Positions 1-9,981 of a DNA stretch of 64,000 nucleotides are shown here, in pieces. Below the pieces are notes generated by a model, which saw only the letters and a program-made list of their open reading frames with translations, ran no database searches and was not told the origin of the DNA. Numbering within the stretch: position 1 is the stretch's first letter; every line of letters begins with the position of its first letter. The position numbers and the translations under genes were made by a program. The DNA is taken from positions 4,293,688 to 4,357,687 of the forward strand of contig CP070758.1 of NCBI GenBank assembly GCA_020348925.1, given 5' to 3'. The stretch is from Gemmatimonadota bacterium. GTDB taxonomy: Bacteria > JBHIER01 > G020348925.

Positions 1-95
1 TAACTGCCGAAGGGGAGAAACGCGATGAAGGCCAGGATGATAAAACGATACAGCCCTCTCGAGGGATGAAAAACACTCACCTGTTCACCGGTCAT
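1..95 (-). CDS. 5' end of a probable MFS transporter (runs off the window)
   Basis: Minus-strand ATG at 95 reads MTGEQVSVFHPSRGLYRFIILAFIAFLPFGS..., a basic residue followed by a hydrophobic first TM helix typical of MFS N-termini. Only 31 codons are visible. Confidence 0.5.
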   Translation of the reverse strand, partial: MTGEQVSVFHPSRGLYRFIILAFIAFLPFGS

Positions 96-274
96 TTCGG
101 TCATGATTCTTTATCCTTTCCGTTGAACAATTCGAAATCACTCATTGAGGCTGAAGACTCTATACGGATTTCGTTTCCAGAGACTTGCTTATAAATTTTG
201 GAGAATATACGGAGTTGTTTTGAGAATTCAAAAGGAAAAATCGAGTCGATTTCAAGATGCTTCCATTCCTTTTC

Positions 275-360
275 TGTGATTTCGAATCCAGAGTCAAAGT
301 CCGGAGGAGAGATCTTGATGTGGTAAAGATACAGATTTCTCGGTTTCGCTCGAAATGACA
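275..360. repeat. REP-like palindromic element (TGTCATT...AATGACA family)
   Basis: Terminal inverted repeats TGTGATTTCGA / TCGAAATGACA and inner GAGAGATCT / AGATTTCTC. Same architecture as 40328-40438. Confidence 0.65.
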
Positions 361-430
361 CCTGGGGTAATAGCGGGTCGAATGGATTCTGCTCGGAACG
401 ATATATTGTCCGGAGAAAAGAATTCCCTAC

Positions 431-1078
431 TCATCGATCGCTCAAAGAACGGCTTTTCTTTAAATGGTCGATGATCTCGTCACACGTGAGAATGTAAGCG
501 AACCCGAAGGCAAGATTTCTCAGGGTTGCCAGATGGTAGTCATCCCCGGCCGTGGCCGTACCGTCGGCCAAGAAAAAGACCCGAAAATCGCGAACAAAGG
601 CGTCCCGGGCCGTTGTCTCGCAGCAGAGATTTGTCATGACCCCGGAGACGAGGAGGTCTTTCACGCCGACGGTTTTTAAATGATGTTCGAGGTCGGTATC
701 GTAAAAAGCGCTGTAACGATTTTTTGCAATAATCTTCTCCGCAGGCTGTGGTTCGATTTCCCTGAGGATGTGCGCCCCTCGTGTTCCCTTGATAATCAGA
801 TCACCCCACCACTCCCCAAGCATCCCGCCGTCCTGAGACGGATCTTCGTGCCCGTGTTGCGTGTAGATCACAGGTATATTGGAATCGCGGCACACTGAAA
901 TAAGATTATCAAGATCAGGAATAATATCTGTGACCATGGATCGAAAATATTCCTGCATATCGACGACGAGCAGGGCTGTGTGATCCGGTGACGGCAGAGC
1001 CTGCCGCCATGTGGCCTCGGGAATTAATTTTAGGAGTTCCTGTCGGTCCATTTTCGATGAGATTGGTTCTGTTGCCAA
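431..1078 (-). CDS. Isochorismatase/nicotinamidase-family cysteine hydrolase
   Basis: Motifs ALLVVDMQEYF, KNRYSAF and GVMTNLCCETTARDAF (Asp-Lys-Cys triad pattern). Confidence 0.9.
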   Translation of the reverse strand: MATEPISSKMDRQELLKLIPEATWRQALPSPDHTALLVVDMQEYFRSMVTDIIPDLDNLISVCRDSNIPVIYTQHGHEDPSQDGGMLGEWWGDLIIKGTRGAHILREIEPQPAEKIIAKNRYSAFYDTDLEHHLKTVGVKDLLVSGVMTNLCCETTARDAFVRDFRVFFLADGTATAGDDYHLATLRNLAFGFAYILTCDEIIDHLKKSRSLSDR

Positions 1079-1299
1079 TAGAGCCTAAAATGATTTGGTT
1101 GGAGTGAAACGATTTATCGTTTCAATGTACGGCAATGATACATCATTGCACTCTCAAAGATACTCCCCGGTTGAGACACTGAGCCCTGTATTCACTTTTT
1201 GCTTCTCGCTCCCAAATTCTCTCGCTGCAAAAAAAAATTTTCCTTTTGAACTCCCTTTGCGGCTGTCCGCGGACATGGATAGACACTGTCTTAACATTT

Positions 1300-3099
1300 T
1301 TATTTGTCAGCTTCGTACACGACCTCCCCACCAACAACAGTCATGAGGACTTCAGTATTCAGTATTTCTCCCGCCGGAACCTCGAAGATATCTTTCGACA
1401 GGACCACAAGGTCGGCCAGTTTTCCCACCTCCAGTGAACCCTTGATATCCTCCTCAAAGGCTCCATAGGCCGCATCAAGGGTGAAGCCTTTGACCGCTTC
1501 ATACACCGAAAGTTTTTGCTCCGGATACCAGCCTCCTTTTGGCCAGCCCTGATGGTCCTGGCGGGTCACGGCGGCGTAAATGCCCCACAGGGGATTGGGC
1601 GATTCCACGGGAAAATCGGACCCAAAGGGAATTCTGACGCCGGTATCTAAAAAGCTTCGCCAGGCATAGGCCCCCTTGATCCGCTCAGAACCGACGCGGT
1701 CTTCAGCCCAATACATGTCGGAGGTGGCATGGGCGGGTTGCATCGAGGGAATGATTCCCAACGTGGCAAAGCGGGGAATATCATTCAACGACACAATCTG
1801 GGCATGTTCGATCCGGAATCGATGATTATCCTTGGTGTTCTCCTTCAACGCTCGTTCGTAGGCGTCGAGCACCAAACGATTGGCATGATCACCAATGGCA
1901 TGAGTACAGACCTGAAAACCGCGACTGAGTGCTTCCCTGCAGATTTCATACATGCTATCCGAATCCGTGACAACCAATCCCCTATTGCCCGGATCGTCGC
2001 TGTAAGGTTCCAGCAGGGCTGCTCCCCGTGAACCGAGAGCCCCATCGGCGTAGAGCTTTATGGTTCGTAACGTGAAGTGATTGTTGAACAGACCAATCTG
2101 CGGACCGGTCTGATAATATTTTTCGATGTCAACCTCATCGGCATCGTACATGGCATAAATGCGGATTTTGAGTTTCTCCTCCCTGCAGAGATGCTTATAG
2201 ACCTCAATCTCCGCTGAGTCGATACCTGCCTCGCCTACTCCGGTCAATCCAAATCTCAGACACTCCTGCTGAGCAAGCATGGCTCTTTCCACGAGCTCTT
2301 CGTGCGTGGGATCGGGTACGATGGCATCAATAATGCATTGGGCATTATCGATGAGGACGCCCGTGGGTTCGCCGTTCTCGTTCCGGACGATGCGACCACC
2401 CTCCGGATCAGGTGTCTCCCTGGTAGTGCCCGCCAATTCCAAGGCTTTTTTGTTGACCCAATACGAATGGCCGGCAACCCGGGAAAGATAGATCGGATTT
2501 GATTCGGTCCCCTGAAGGTCCTGCCAGGTCGGGAACGTTTTCGTATCCCAATCGTTATGATCCCAGCCACGACCGTAGATCCAGCGATCAGGCCCGACAC
2601 GTTGGCACTCCTTCAGCACCATTCGATGTATCTCTTCTTTCGATGTGGTACCTCCAAGATCGAGCTTCTGTAGCTTCTTTCCCAGGCTGAGAAAATGGGC
2701 ATGGGCATCGATCAGACCCGGAAGAACCGTTTTCCCCTGTAGGTCAAGAATGCGTGTGTTTGTGCTTCGAAACTGCTTCACATCGTTGCTCTCGCCCACG
2801 AAGATGATTCTGTCGCCCGCTATGGCAATTGCCTCGGCCTTCGGGTTGCCCTCGACCATTGTACGGATATTCCCATTGATAAGGATCATTTCAGCTTTTT
2901 CCTCAGTGTTGTCCTTTTCGAAGTCTGTTCGCGAAAAAGAATTGCTCGGACAGAAGCACAGCAGGATCAGGATCAATCCAAGTGTGACGATTGTTCGTTC
3001 CGCTGCATGGTTCCGAGCCAAATGAAAATGCACTTTTATTCTTCCTATGCTCTCCAGGTGAAAATGTATCATGTTTTGAGATAATGCCCATCGATTCAT
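1300..3099 (-). CDS. Amidohydrolase_3 (YtcJ-like) metal-dependent hydrolase, possibly exported; true start may be downstream
   Basis: Motifs PGLIDAHAH, KLYADGALGSRGA, HAIGD, RIEHAQ, GSDFPVE and GSLEVGKLADLVVL. Hydrophobic N-terminal stretch. Confidence 0.9.
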   Translation of the reverse strand: MNRWALSQNMIHFHLESIGRIKVHFHLARNHAAERTIVTLGLILILLCFCPSNSFSRTDFEKDNTEEKAEMILINGNIRTMVEGNPKAEAIAIAGDRIIFVGESNDVKQFRSTNTRILDLQGKTVLPGLIDAHAHFLSLGKKLQKLDLGGTTSKEEIHRMVLKECQRVGPDRWIYGRGWDHNDWDTKTFPTWQDLQGTESNPIYLSRVAGHSYWVNKKALELAGTTRETPDPEGGRIVRNENGEPTGVLIDNAQCIIDAIVPDPTHEELVERAMLAQQECLRFGLTGVGEAGIDSAEIEVYKHLCREEKLKIRIYAMYDADEVDIEKYYQTGPQIGLFNNHFTLRTIKLYADGALGSRGAALLEPYSDDPGNRGLVVTDSDSMYEICREALSRGFQVCTHAIGDHANRLVLDAYERALKENTKDNHRFRIEHAQIVSLNDIPRFATLGIIPSMQPAHATSDMYWAEDRVGSERIKGAYAWRSFLDTGVRIPFGSDFPVESPNPLWGIYAAVTRQDHQGWPKGGWYPEQKLSVYEAVKGFTLDAAYGAFEEDIKGSLEVGKLADLVVLSKDIFEVPAGEILNTEVLMTVVGGEVVYEADK

Positions 3100-3320
3100 T
3101 GAGGGACAGACGGCACGCTAAAAGTTGACCCACACGACAAGTGATGTCAAGGAAAAAATGTTTTCAAGAATCGGCTTGACACAGCTCCTTCAAACGAACA
3201 CTCTTGAGCGAGAATTCATGGAATGCATCACATCACATGGCGGTTCTGTCAATCACAGTCATACAGTGGTCTTTTTATTTACAGGATCAAGGGCAGCGCA
3301 GCATTATAATAACAGGCAAT

Positions 3321-3376
3321 AGATTGGGATACTTACGGGGCTTCTCGCGGGCTCAGTCCCGGGGCTCGTAATGACG
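3321..3376. repeat. Half REP-like element (AGATTG...CTCGTAATGACG)
   Basis: Ends in CTCGTAATGACG, nearly the reverse complement of CGTCATAGCGAG at 55154. Internal palindrome TTACGGGGC...GGCTCGTAA. Confidence 0.4.
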
Positions 3377-3550
3377 ATGCATAACACTTGTTCTGTAAAA
3401 TGATGAGATCGGAACCTTCGAACTTTCGAGACAACCTCGACACAAAAGAGTTTCGCCTATAAAATATACCTTCATGCAACTCGAGCCGTTGATTGACAAC
3501 AATTCGTGATCGGGTGATTCGCCATAAGGGCAAAATATTACCCCAATAAT

Positions 3551-3568
3551 AGTGCAAAGTATTGCACT
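3551..3568. promoter_or_regulatory. Palindromic operator / candidate enhancer-binding-protein site
   Basis: AGTGCAA-AGTA-TTGCACT perfect 7-4-7 palindrome about 100 bp upstream of the sigma54-like element. Confidence 0.4.
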
Positions 3569-3666
3569 TCCTGCCGACCATTCACGTCAAAACTCATGAC
3601 TCTTGTGCCAAGATACGCTGAACCTGTTTCCAGGCGGGAATTCATGCGTCCTCTGATCGTGACACT

Positions 3667-3683
3667 TCGGCACACGTTTTGCT
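3667..3683 (+). promoter_or_regulatory. Candidate sigma54 (-24/-12) promoter for the dockerin-cargo array
   Basis: TCGGCACACGTTTTGCT = GG-N10-GC, close to consensus YTGGCACG-N4-TTGCW. Confidence 0.55.
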
Positions 3684-4026
3684 AATTTGCTGAGGAGTAA
3701 ATAAATCATCCCAAACTGCTTCGGAGAAAGACATCACTAGCGCCCAGGGCATGAGTTCAGTTCAAAAAGCTTCGAAACAAAAATGAATGCACACGTGTCA
3801 AAAAATCAAGTGGTTGGAAAGACCCAAGAAGGTATTTTTCCAGGCTTGAGCCCTCTTCAGTAGGGAGGTGAACAACGCTTCATCCATATGATTGAACAAC
3901 ACCAAGTAACCTTCAGGGAAGAGAGGAGTTCGAATGCTGTAGAGACATCTTAAGAAAAGAGACCGCACAATACTTAAAAACAAGGACTTTTTTCACGAAC
4001 ATCCATCATCAGGAGGAAGGGCTGTC

Positions 4027-6981
4027 ATGAAAAGGATTCTTCGATCTTTCACAGTAAGTTTCATTTCATGCGTATTTTTCGTTTCGGTTGGTTCGTCGCA
4101 AATTCTATTTTTCGAGCACACGATTGACGATCAATTCGGCGGTCCGGGAGGCGTCTACGCCTGCGATCTCGATGGCGATGGGGCCATCGATGTGCTCGGT
4201 GCCGCAATTGACGACAACGAGATTGCCTGGTGGCGCAATGAAGCCGATGGGTCCAACACTTGGACAAAACAGACCATCGATGATCAATTCGATGGCGCCA
4301 TATTTGTCTACGCTACCGATGTCGACGGCGATCTTGATACCGACGTCCTGGGCGCTGCCTGGGAAATTGACGAGATCGCCTGGTGGCGCAACGACGGCGG
4401 CGATCCCATCGTCTGGACGAAACAGGTGATCGACGGCGATTTCGGTGCGGCCCATGAAGTCTACGCCTGCGATCTCGACGGCGATTCGGACACCGACGTG
4501 CTCGGTGCGGCAGCCTTCGGGGACGAAATTGCGTGGTGGCGCAACGACGGCGGCAGTCCCATCGTCTGGACGAAACAGGCGATCTCCGGTCAGTTTCCAG
4601 GTGCTCGGTCGGTCTACGTTGCTGATATAGACGGCGACGAGGATAACGATGTCCTGGGTGCTGCTCTGGACAGCAATGAACTGACGTGGTGGCGCAACGA
4701 CGGTGGGAATCCCATCGTCTGGACGGAAACGAATATTACGTCCGCCTTCTTGGGTTCGCACATGGTTCGCACCTACGATATGGACAACGACGGCGATCCG
4801 GATGTTCTCGGTACAGCCTATGGTGCCAGGGACATTGCCTGGTGGCGGAATGACGGAGGAGACCCGATTTCGTGGACGAGGCAGACCATCGAGGGTGAAT
4901 TTGTCGGTGCGGTCTCCGCCTATGCCGCCGATATTGACAGGGACGGGGATCTCGACGTCTACGGGGCAGCTCAGGACGCCGGGGATGTGGCCTGGTGGCG
5001 TAACGATGGCGGTGATCCCATCGTCTGGACGAGGTTTTTGATTGATGACAGCTTCGGAGGTTCGTGGCCGATTTACTCCGGTGATCTCGATGGTGATCAT
5101 GATACGGATATTGTTTGCGGCGGCAATGGAGCCAACGAAATCAGATGGTGGGAAAACAGCCTCTACGGGGCGCGTTTTCAAACGGACGTCACGACCGGCC
5201 ACGCACCCCTGACGGTTCAGTTCAGCAATCTCTCAAATGCTGTCCCCGCGATCACGAGCTGGAAATGGGATTTCGATACTGACGGGAGCATCGATTCCGA
5301 AGAACAACACCCGCAATGGACGTACGAGGAACCCGGATCATACTCGATCTCTCTGGAAGTATCGAACGGATCGGATACATACTCCATCATCCAGGAAGAC
5401 CGTATTCGAGTCTTCGACGGCGAGAGCGCACTTGAATTTAATGGCCAAAACAGCTACGTCTCCTGTCCCGCTGCGCCTCCTCTCAACCTGACCGATGCAT
5501 TCACTGTTGAAGCCTGGATCTACCCCACCGGCTGGGGCGAATTTGCAAATTTCGGTTTGGGAAGAATCATTGACAAGATCTATCTGTCCCTCCAACTGGT
5601 CGACTCCTACCTCAGCTTTAACAATCACAGCCTCCTTCTCCAGCTCTATCATCAGGGTGGACCTGTCAGTCAATCCAACTCCCCGGAAAATGCCATCTCC
5701 CTTGACCAATGGCACCATGTGGCCGTCACCTACAACGGCCACGATGAGGTGAACATGTACATCAATGGTATTGGTCAGACCGTATCTTACGCAATCCCGC
5801 CCTCAGGCCCATTACAGGACAATAGCCCATACGACCTGTATATCGGCAACGAGATAAACACTGGCAATACGTTTGAGGGCATCATCGACGAGCTTCGAAT
5901 CTGGAATGTCGCGCGCACCGGGGAGGAGGTTCAGAGCAACATGAACACATACCTGACCGGCATGGAGACCGCTTTGGTCGGCTACTATCAGATGAACGAG
6001 GGACAGGGCGAGTCCATTTCGGATGACTCACCCTATGATAACGGCGGAGTTGTGATTGAAGCGGCATGGATCCAGGGATTTCATTTAGAGCCGGCGACGA
6101 CGGATGAGGATGAGGACGGAATTCTTGACGTGGAGGATAACTGTCCCCTCACGTACAATCCTGATCAGGAAGACGGTGATGGTGACGCCATCGGTGACGC
6201 CTGCGACAATTGCCCCGCCGACCATAATCCCGATCAAACGGATGCCGACGCTGATGATGTAGGTGATATCTGCGATGCATGCACTGACACTGACGGGGAC
6301 GGATACGGCGATCCGGGTTTTCCAACCAACACTTGCCAGGAGGACAATTGCCCGGGTGTCCATAACCCGGATCAGGCTGAAGTGGAGAGGGGCAATATAG
6401 ACTGTCAGGGAGCATCTGATGTTCTGGATGTCCTGGCCGTCGTCAATCACATACTGGCCTCCGCTCCGCTGCTTGGGGGTCCTCTCGACCGGGCCGATTG
6501 TAACGGTGACGGGGGAGTGAATATATTGGATGCTTTGGGTATCATTAATGTGATCCTGGGCCTCGGCGAGTGTGCACCCGCAGCCTCAAAACCGGAAATC
6601 ACTCCTGAGGTGATCCGGTTCTGTGAATCGTTGAAACCCTATCTTTCAAGGGATTCGTATGAACGGTTCATGGCCTCGGTCAAAGCCGAAGCCAATACTC
6701 CAACCGACTATCTGCTTTTGCAGAACTATCCCAATCCATTTAATCCTGAGACGACGATCCGATTCTCCCTCCCACGCGCCTCATACATCCGCCTGGCAAT
6801 ATACAATATGAAAGGAGAATGTGTCAAAAGGCTCATTGATGGCGAAAAAGCGACCGGACATCATGCGATCAGGTGGAACGGCACAAACGAAGAAGATCAA
6901 TTCGTCAGTTCCGGTGTATACTTCTGCAGACTGGAAACGAAAGAGCTGAGCAGAAGCAGACGAATGCTGCTTCTGAAATAG
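4027..6981 (+). CDS. Secreted protein: 7x FG-GAP/VCBS beta-propeller, PKD, LamG, TSP3 Ca-binding repeats, dockerin, helical linker, T9SS-A/FlgD-type CTD
   Basis: SD AGGAGG and signal peptide. Seven DxDGDxDxDVLG...WWRNDGG repeats. PKD (GHAPLTVQF...WKWDFD), LamG (FTVEAWIYP...WHHVAVTY...IDELRIWN), TSP3 (DxDxDGxxDxxDNCP), dockerin (NIDCQGASDVLD...ADCNGDGGVNILD), CTD (QNYPNPFNP...SSGVYFCRL). Confidence 0.9.
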   Translation: MKRILRSFTVSFISCVFFVSVGSSQILFFEHTIDDQFGGPGGVYACDLDGDGAIDVLGAAIDDNEIAWWRNEADGSNTWTKQTIDDQFDGAIFVYATDVDGDLDTDVLGAAWEIDEIAWWRNDGGDPIVWTKQVIDGDFGAAHEVYACDLDGDSDTDVLGAAAFGDEIAWWRNDGGSPIVWTKQAISGQFPGARSVYVADIDGDEDNDVLGAALDSNELTWWRNDGGNPIVWTETNITSAFLGSHMVRTYDMDNDGDPDVLGTAYGARDIAWWRNDGGDPISWTRQTIEGEFVGAVSAYAADIDRDGDLDVYGAAQDAGDVAWWRNDGGDPIVWTRFLIDDSFGGSWPIYSGDLDGDHDTDIVCGGNGANEIRWWENSLYGARFQTDVTTGHAPLTVQFSNLSNAVPAITSWKWDFDTDGSIDSEEQHPQWTYEEPGSYSISLEVSNGSDTYSIIQEDRIRVFDGESALEFNGQNSYVSCPAAPPLNLTDAFTVEAWIYPTGWGEFANFGLGRIIDKIYLSLQLVDSYLSFNNHSLLLQLYHQGGPVSQSNSPENAISLDQWHHVAVTYNGHDEVNMYINGIGQTVSYAIPPSGPLQDNSPYDLYIGNEINTGNTFEGIIDELRIWNVARTGEEVQSNMNTYLTGMETALVGYYQMNEGQGESISDDSPYDNGGVVIEAAWIQGFHLEPATTDEDEDGILDVEDNCPLTYNPDQEDGDGDAIGDACDNCPADHNPDQTDADADDVGDICDACTDTDGDGYGDPGFPTNTCQEDNCPGVHNPDQAEVERGNIDCQGASDVLDVLAVVNHILASAPLLGGPLDRADCNGDGGVNILDALGIINVILGLGECAPAASKPEITPEVIRFCESLKPYLSRDSYERFMASVKAEANTPTDYLLLQNYPNPFNPETTIRFSLPRASYIRLAIYNMKGECVKRLIDGEKATGHHAIRWNGTNEEDQFVSSGVYFCRLETKELSRSRRMLLLK

Positions 6982-7031
6982 AATCTGAGGGTTCACATGA
7001 AACAACGTTTCTTCGAGGGAAAGGAGATATG

Positions 7032-9947
7032 ATGAAGACGTTCTTAAAGTATGTCGCGGTCTGTCTGTCTCTGCTCGCGGTATTTTGGTCATCCGCTTCC
7101 GGCCAGATTTCTTTCACAAAACACACCATCACAAGCACCTATGACTACACAATGTCCGTTTATGCCGTGGACCTCGACGGAGACAACGATGTCGATGTGC
7201 TGGGGGCGGCTTTTGGCGCCAACACAGTGACATGGTGGGAGAACGACGGCCATCGTAATTTCATCGAGCATACGATCTCCGAAAATTTCGACGGGGCCAG
7301 AACCGTCTGGGCCGTGGACCTGGATCTGGATGGGGATATGGATGTTCTCGGGGCCGGAGGCGACAAGGTCGCCTGGTGGGAAAACGATGGAAATGAATCG
7401 CTCAACTATATCCTCATCGATGGTATTTTTGATGGCTCCCACACGATATCAGGAGAAGATATCGACCAAGATGGGGATATCGACATCGTGTGCTCAGCCC
7501 ATGGTTTTTCAGGATCAACTGCATGGTGGGAGAATGACGGGCATCAAAATTTCACAAAGCACACTATATCCACTATCGTCAACGGACATCCGTGCGCTTA
7601 TGCTGAGGACATCGACGGCGATAATGACGTCGACATGTACGGTTGTATTTTCGCCTTGGGTCGTGTGATGTGGTGGGAGAACGATGGGAGTCAGAATTTC
7701 ACAGAACATACGATTCCCGATAATTTCAACGGTGTCCACTGGGTCTATGCGACAGATGTGGATGGTGATGACGACGTGGATATTCTTGGTGCCGCCTATA
7801 CAATCAACCAAATTGCCTGGTGGGAGAACGACGGAAATCAGAACTTCACCAAGCATACGCTCACGAACACCTTCAACGGTGCAACGTCAGTCTACGCTGA
7901 GGACATCGATGACGACGGTGATATCGATGTTTTTGGTGCAGCGGAAGGGGCCAGCGAGATTCGGTGGTGGGAGAACGACGGGCATCAGAATTTCACCGAA
8001 TATTCGGTCTCAGGAAATCTGCCCGGCGCCAGCCACGTTTGGACCTTTGATGTGGATGGTGACGGTGACGTGGATGTCCTGGGCGCGGCCAATATTGCCG
8101 ACGAAATCGCATGGTGGGAGAATACCCTGTACGGGGCCCAATTTGAAACGGACGTCACCAGTGGACATGCGCCCCTCATGGTCCAGTTCACGGATTTTTC
8201 AAACGCCAATCCTCCTCTGACAACCTGGGGATGGGACTTCGATCACAATGGATCCATAGATTCGGAGGAGCAGAACCCAACGTGGACCTACCCAGAGCCC
8301 GGGACCTATACCGTCACCTTAGAAGTATCGAACGGAGCCCTCACCCTGACAAGAACCTTGGAGGACTACATCCGTGTCTTCGATGGTGAGAGTGGACTTC
8401 AGTTTGATGGGAATAACAGTGCTGTTGTCTGTGAGGCATCACCATCGTTGAATTGTACCGACGCCCTGACCGTCGAAGCCTGGATCCGTCCCTCCGGCTG
8501 GGGGGAAACGCAAGGCCTCGGATTTGGTAGAGTTGTTGAAAAGGGACCATTCACCCTCTTTCTCATTGGGTCTCATCCATCCTTCAACGATCACAGTTTG
8601 GCTGTGCAGCTCTCCCATGTTCAAAGCCCCATCAGTTTTTCGACAACCCCTCAACAATCGATCCACCTCGACTCATGGCAGCATGTGGCCATGACGTATG
8701 ATGGACCATCAAGTCATATGAACATTTACATCAACGGTGTGGAACAGACGCTCACGCATTCACCGGAACCCTCGGGAAATATCGCCGACAACAGCGCGCA
8801 CGAATTGGTGATTGGAAACAATGCCAGCCGTGGTTTCACCTTTGATGGTATCATTGATGAGGTTCGAATCTGGGATGTCGCGCGTTCGGGGGAAGATATC
8901 CAGGCCACAATGGACTCATACCTTTCCGGTCTGGAGCCCGGATTGGTGGGCTACTGGCAGATGAACGAGGGCAGCGGCGGGACGATCTCGGATTATTCAA
9001 CCAATGACAACGACGGTATAGTGACTGACGCGGCATGGATTCAGGGTATCAACCTCAGTCCGGCAACAGCGGATGGCGACGAGGACGGGATCCTTGACTT
9101 TGATGACAATTGCCCCAACGACTATAATCCAGAACAAGAGGATATGGATGCAGATGATAGAGGTGATGTCTGCGACAACTGTCCGGCACAGGCCAATCCC
9201 GATCAGGCCGATGGTGATAACGATGGCAGCGGTGATGTGTGCGACGCGTGCCTGGACACGGACGGCGATGGGTACGGCGACCCTGGTCACCCGGAGGACG
9301 AATGCGAGGAGGACAATTGCCCCCATGCGTACAATCCTGATCAGGCACCTGTTGAGGGAGGCGATGTGGACTGCAATGGTGGGATCGATGTCCTCGATGT
9401 GTTGGCCGTCGTCAATCACATACTGGCCTCCGCTCCGCTGCTTGGGGGTCCTCTCGACCGGGCCGACTGCAACGGTGACGGAGGTGTCGACATTTTAGAT
9501 GCTCTGGGAATCATCAATGTGATTTTAGGTCTTGGCGAGTGTTCCCCCTCTCTCAAACCGATCGTGAATCCCAATGTGGTATACTATTGTGAGTCACTCA
9601 AGCATTATCTTTCAACCGAAGACTTCAATCAGTTCATGCTACTCGTGAAAACCAAAGTTCGGATTCCGACAGAATACCATCTCTCTCAAAATTATCCCAA
9701 TCCCTTTAATTCCGAGACAACGATTCACTTTGCCGTACCACGAATGTCACATATCTTCCTGGCTATCTACAATATCCGTGGGGAGATTGTGAAAATGCTT
9801 GTCAATAATACAAAAGAAGCCGGCAACCATTCGGTCAGGTGGAACGGTTCGAACGAGCACGATCAGAAAGTGAGTTCAGGGGTATATTTTTACCGGATAG
9901 TCACAGGTAATTTCACCGATACCAAGAAAATGATATTGTTGAGATAG
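7032..9947 (+). CDS. Secreted paralog: 7x FG-GAP propeller, PKD, LamG, TSP3, dockerin, helical linker, CTD
   Basis: Start re-assigned to ATG 7032 (SD AGGAG at 7022, signal peptide MKTFLKYVAVCLSLLAVFWSSASG). Seven DxDGDxDxD...WWENDG repeats. Tail is collinear with 4027-6981. Confidence 0.9.
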   Translation: MKTFLKYVAVCLSLLAVFWSSASGQISFTKHTITSTYDYTMSVYAVDLDGDNDVDVLGAAFGANTVTWWENDGHRNFIEHTISENFDGARTVWAVDLDLDGDMDVLGAGGDKVAWWENDGNESLNYILIDGIFDGSHTISGEDIDQDGDIDIVCSAHGFSGSTAWWENDGHQNFTKHTISTIVNGHPCAYAEDIDGDNDVDMYGCIFALGRVMWWENDGSQNFTEHTIPDNFNGVHWVYATDVDGDDDVDILGAAYTINQIAWWENDGNQNFTKHTLTNTFNGATSVYAEDIDDDGDIDVFGAAEGASEIRWWENDGHQNFTEYSVSGNLPGASHVWTFDVDGDGDVDVLGAANIADEIAWWENTLYGAQFETDVTSGHAPLMVQFTDFSNANPPLTTWGWDFDHNGSIDSEEQNPTWTYPEPGTYTVTLEVSNGALTLTRTLEDYIRVFDGESGLQFDGNNSAVVCEASPSLNCTDALTVEAWIRPSGWGETQGLGFGRVVEKGPFTLFLIGSHPSFNDHSLAVQLSHVQSPISFSTTPQQSIHLDSWQHVAMTYDGPSSHMNIYINGVEQTLTHSPEPSGNIADNSAHELVIGNNASRGFTFDGIIDEVRIWDVARSGEDIQATMDSYLSGLEPGLVGYWQMNEGSGGTISDYSTNDNDGIVTDAAWIQGINLSPATADGDEDGILDFDDNCPNDYNPEQEDMDADDRGDVCDNCPAQANPDQADGDNDGSGDVCDACLDTDGDGYGDPGHPEDECEEDNCPHAYNPDQAPVEGGDVDCNGGIDVLDVLAVVNHILASAPLLGGPLDRADCNGDGGVDILDALGIINVILGLGECSPSLKPIVNPNVVYYCESLKHYLSTEDFNQFMLLVKTKVRIPTEYHLSQNYPNPFNSETTIHFAVPRMSHIFLAIYNIRGEIVKMLVNNTKEAGNHSVRWNGSNEHDQKVSSGVYFYRIVTGNFTDTKKMILLR

Positions 9948-9981
9948 TTGGTTTCACGAAAATGAGATATGGAGGAGAAAG

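Noticed and set aside
101-361. 86-aa ORF
   Set aside because: It starts inside a REP-like palindrome and has no recognisable motif, so it is likely spurious.
4360-5040. Regularly spaced TGGTGGCGCAACGACGG repeats as a possible CRISPR array
   Set aside because: The period is ~153 bp, in frame and degenerate. These are coding FG-GAP blades, and no cas genes are present.
4105-5202. 365-aa repetitive minus-strand ORF
   Set aside because: It mirrors the FG-GAP repeats on the coding strand.
6873-7031. N-terminal extension of the 1024-aa ORF
   Set aside because: It overlaps the previous gene. The SD and signal peptide place the start at 7029/7032.
6434-9466. Repeat pair as a DGR template/variable region
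   Set aside because: The copies are identical rather than adenine-mutated, both are coding, and no reverse transcriptase is in the window.
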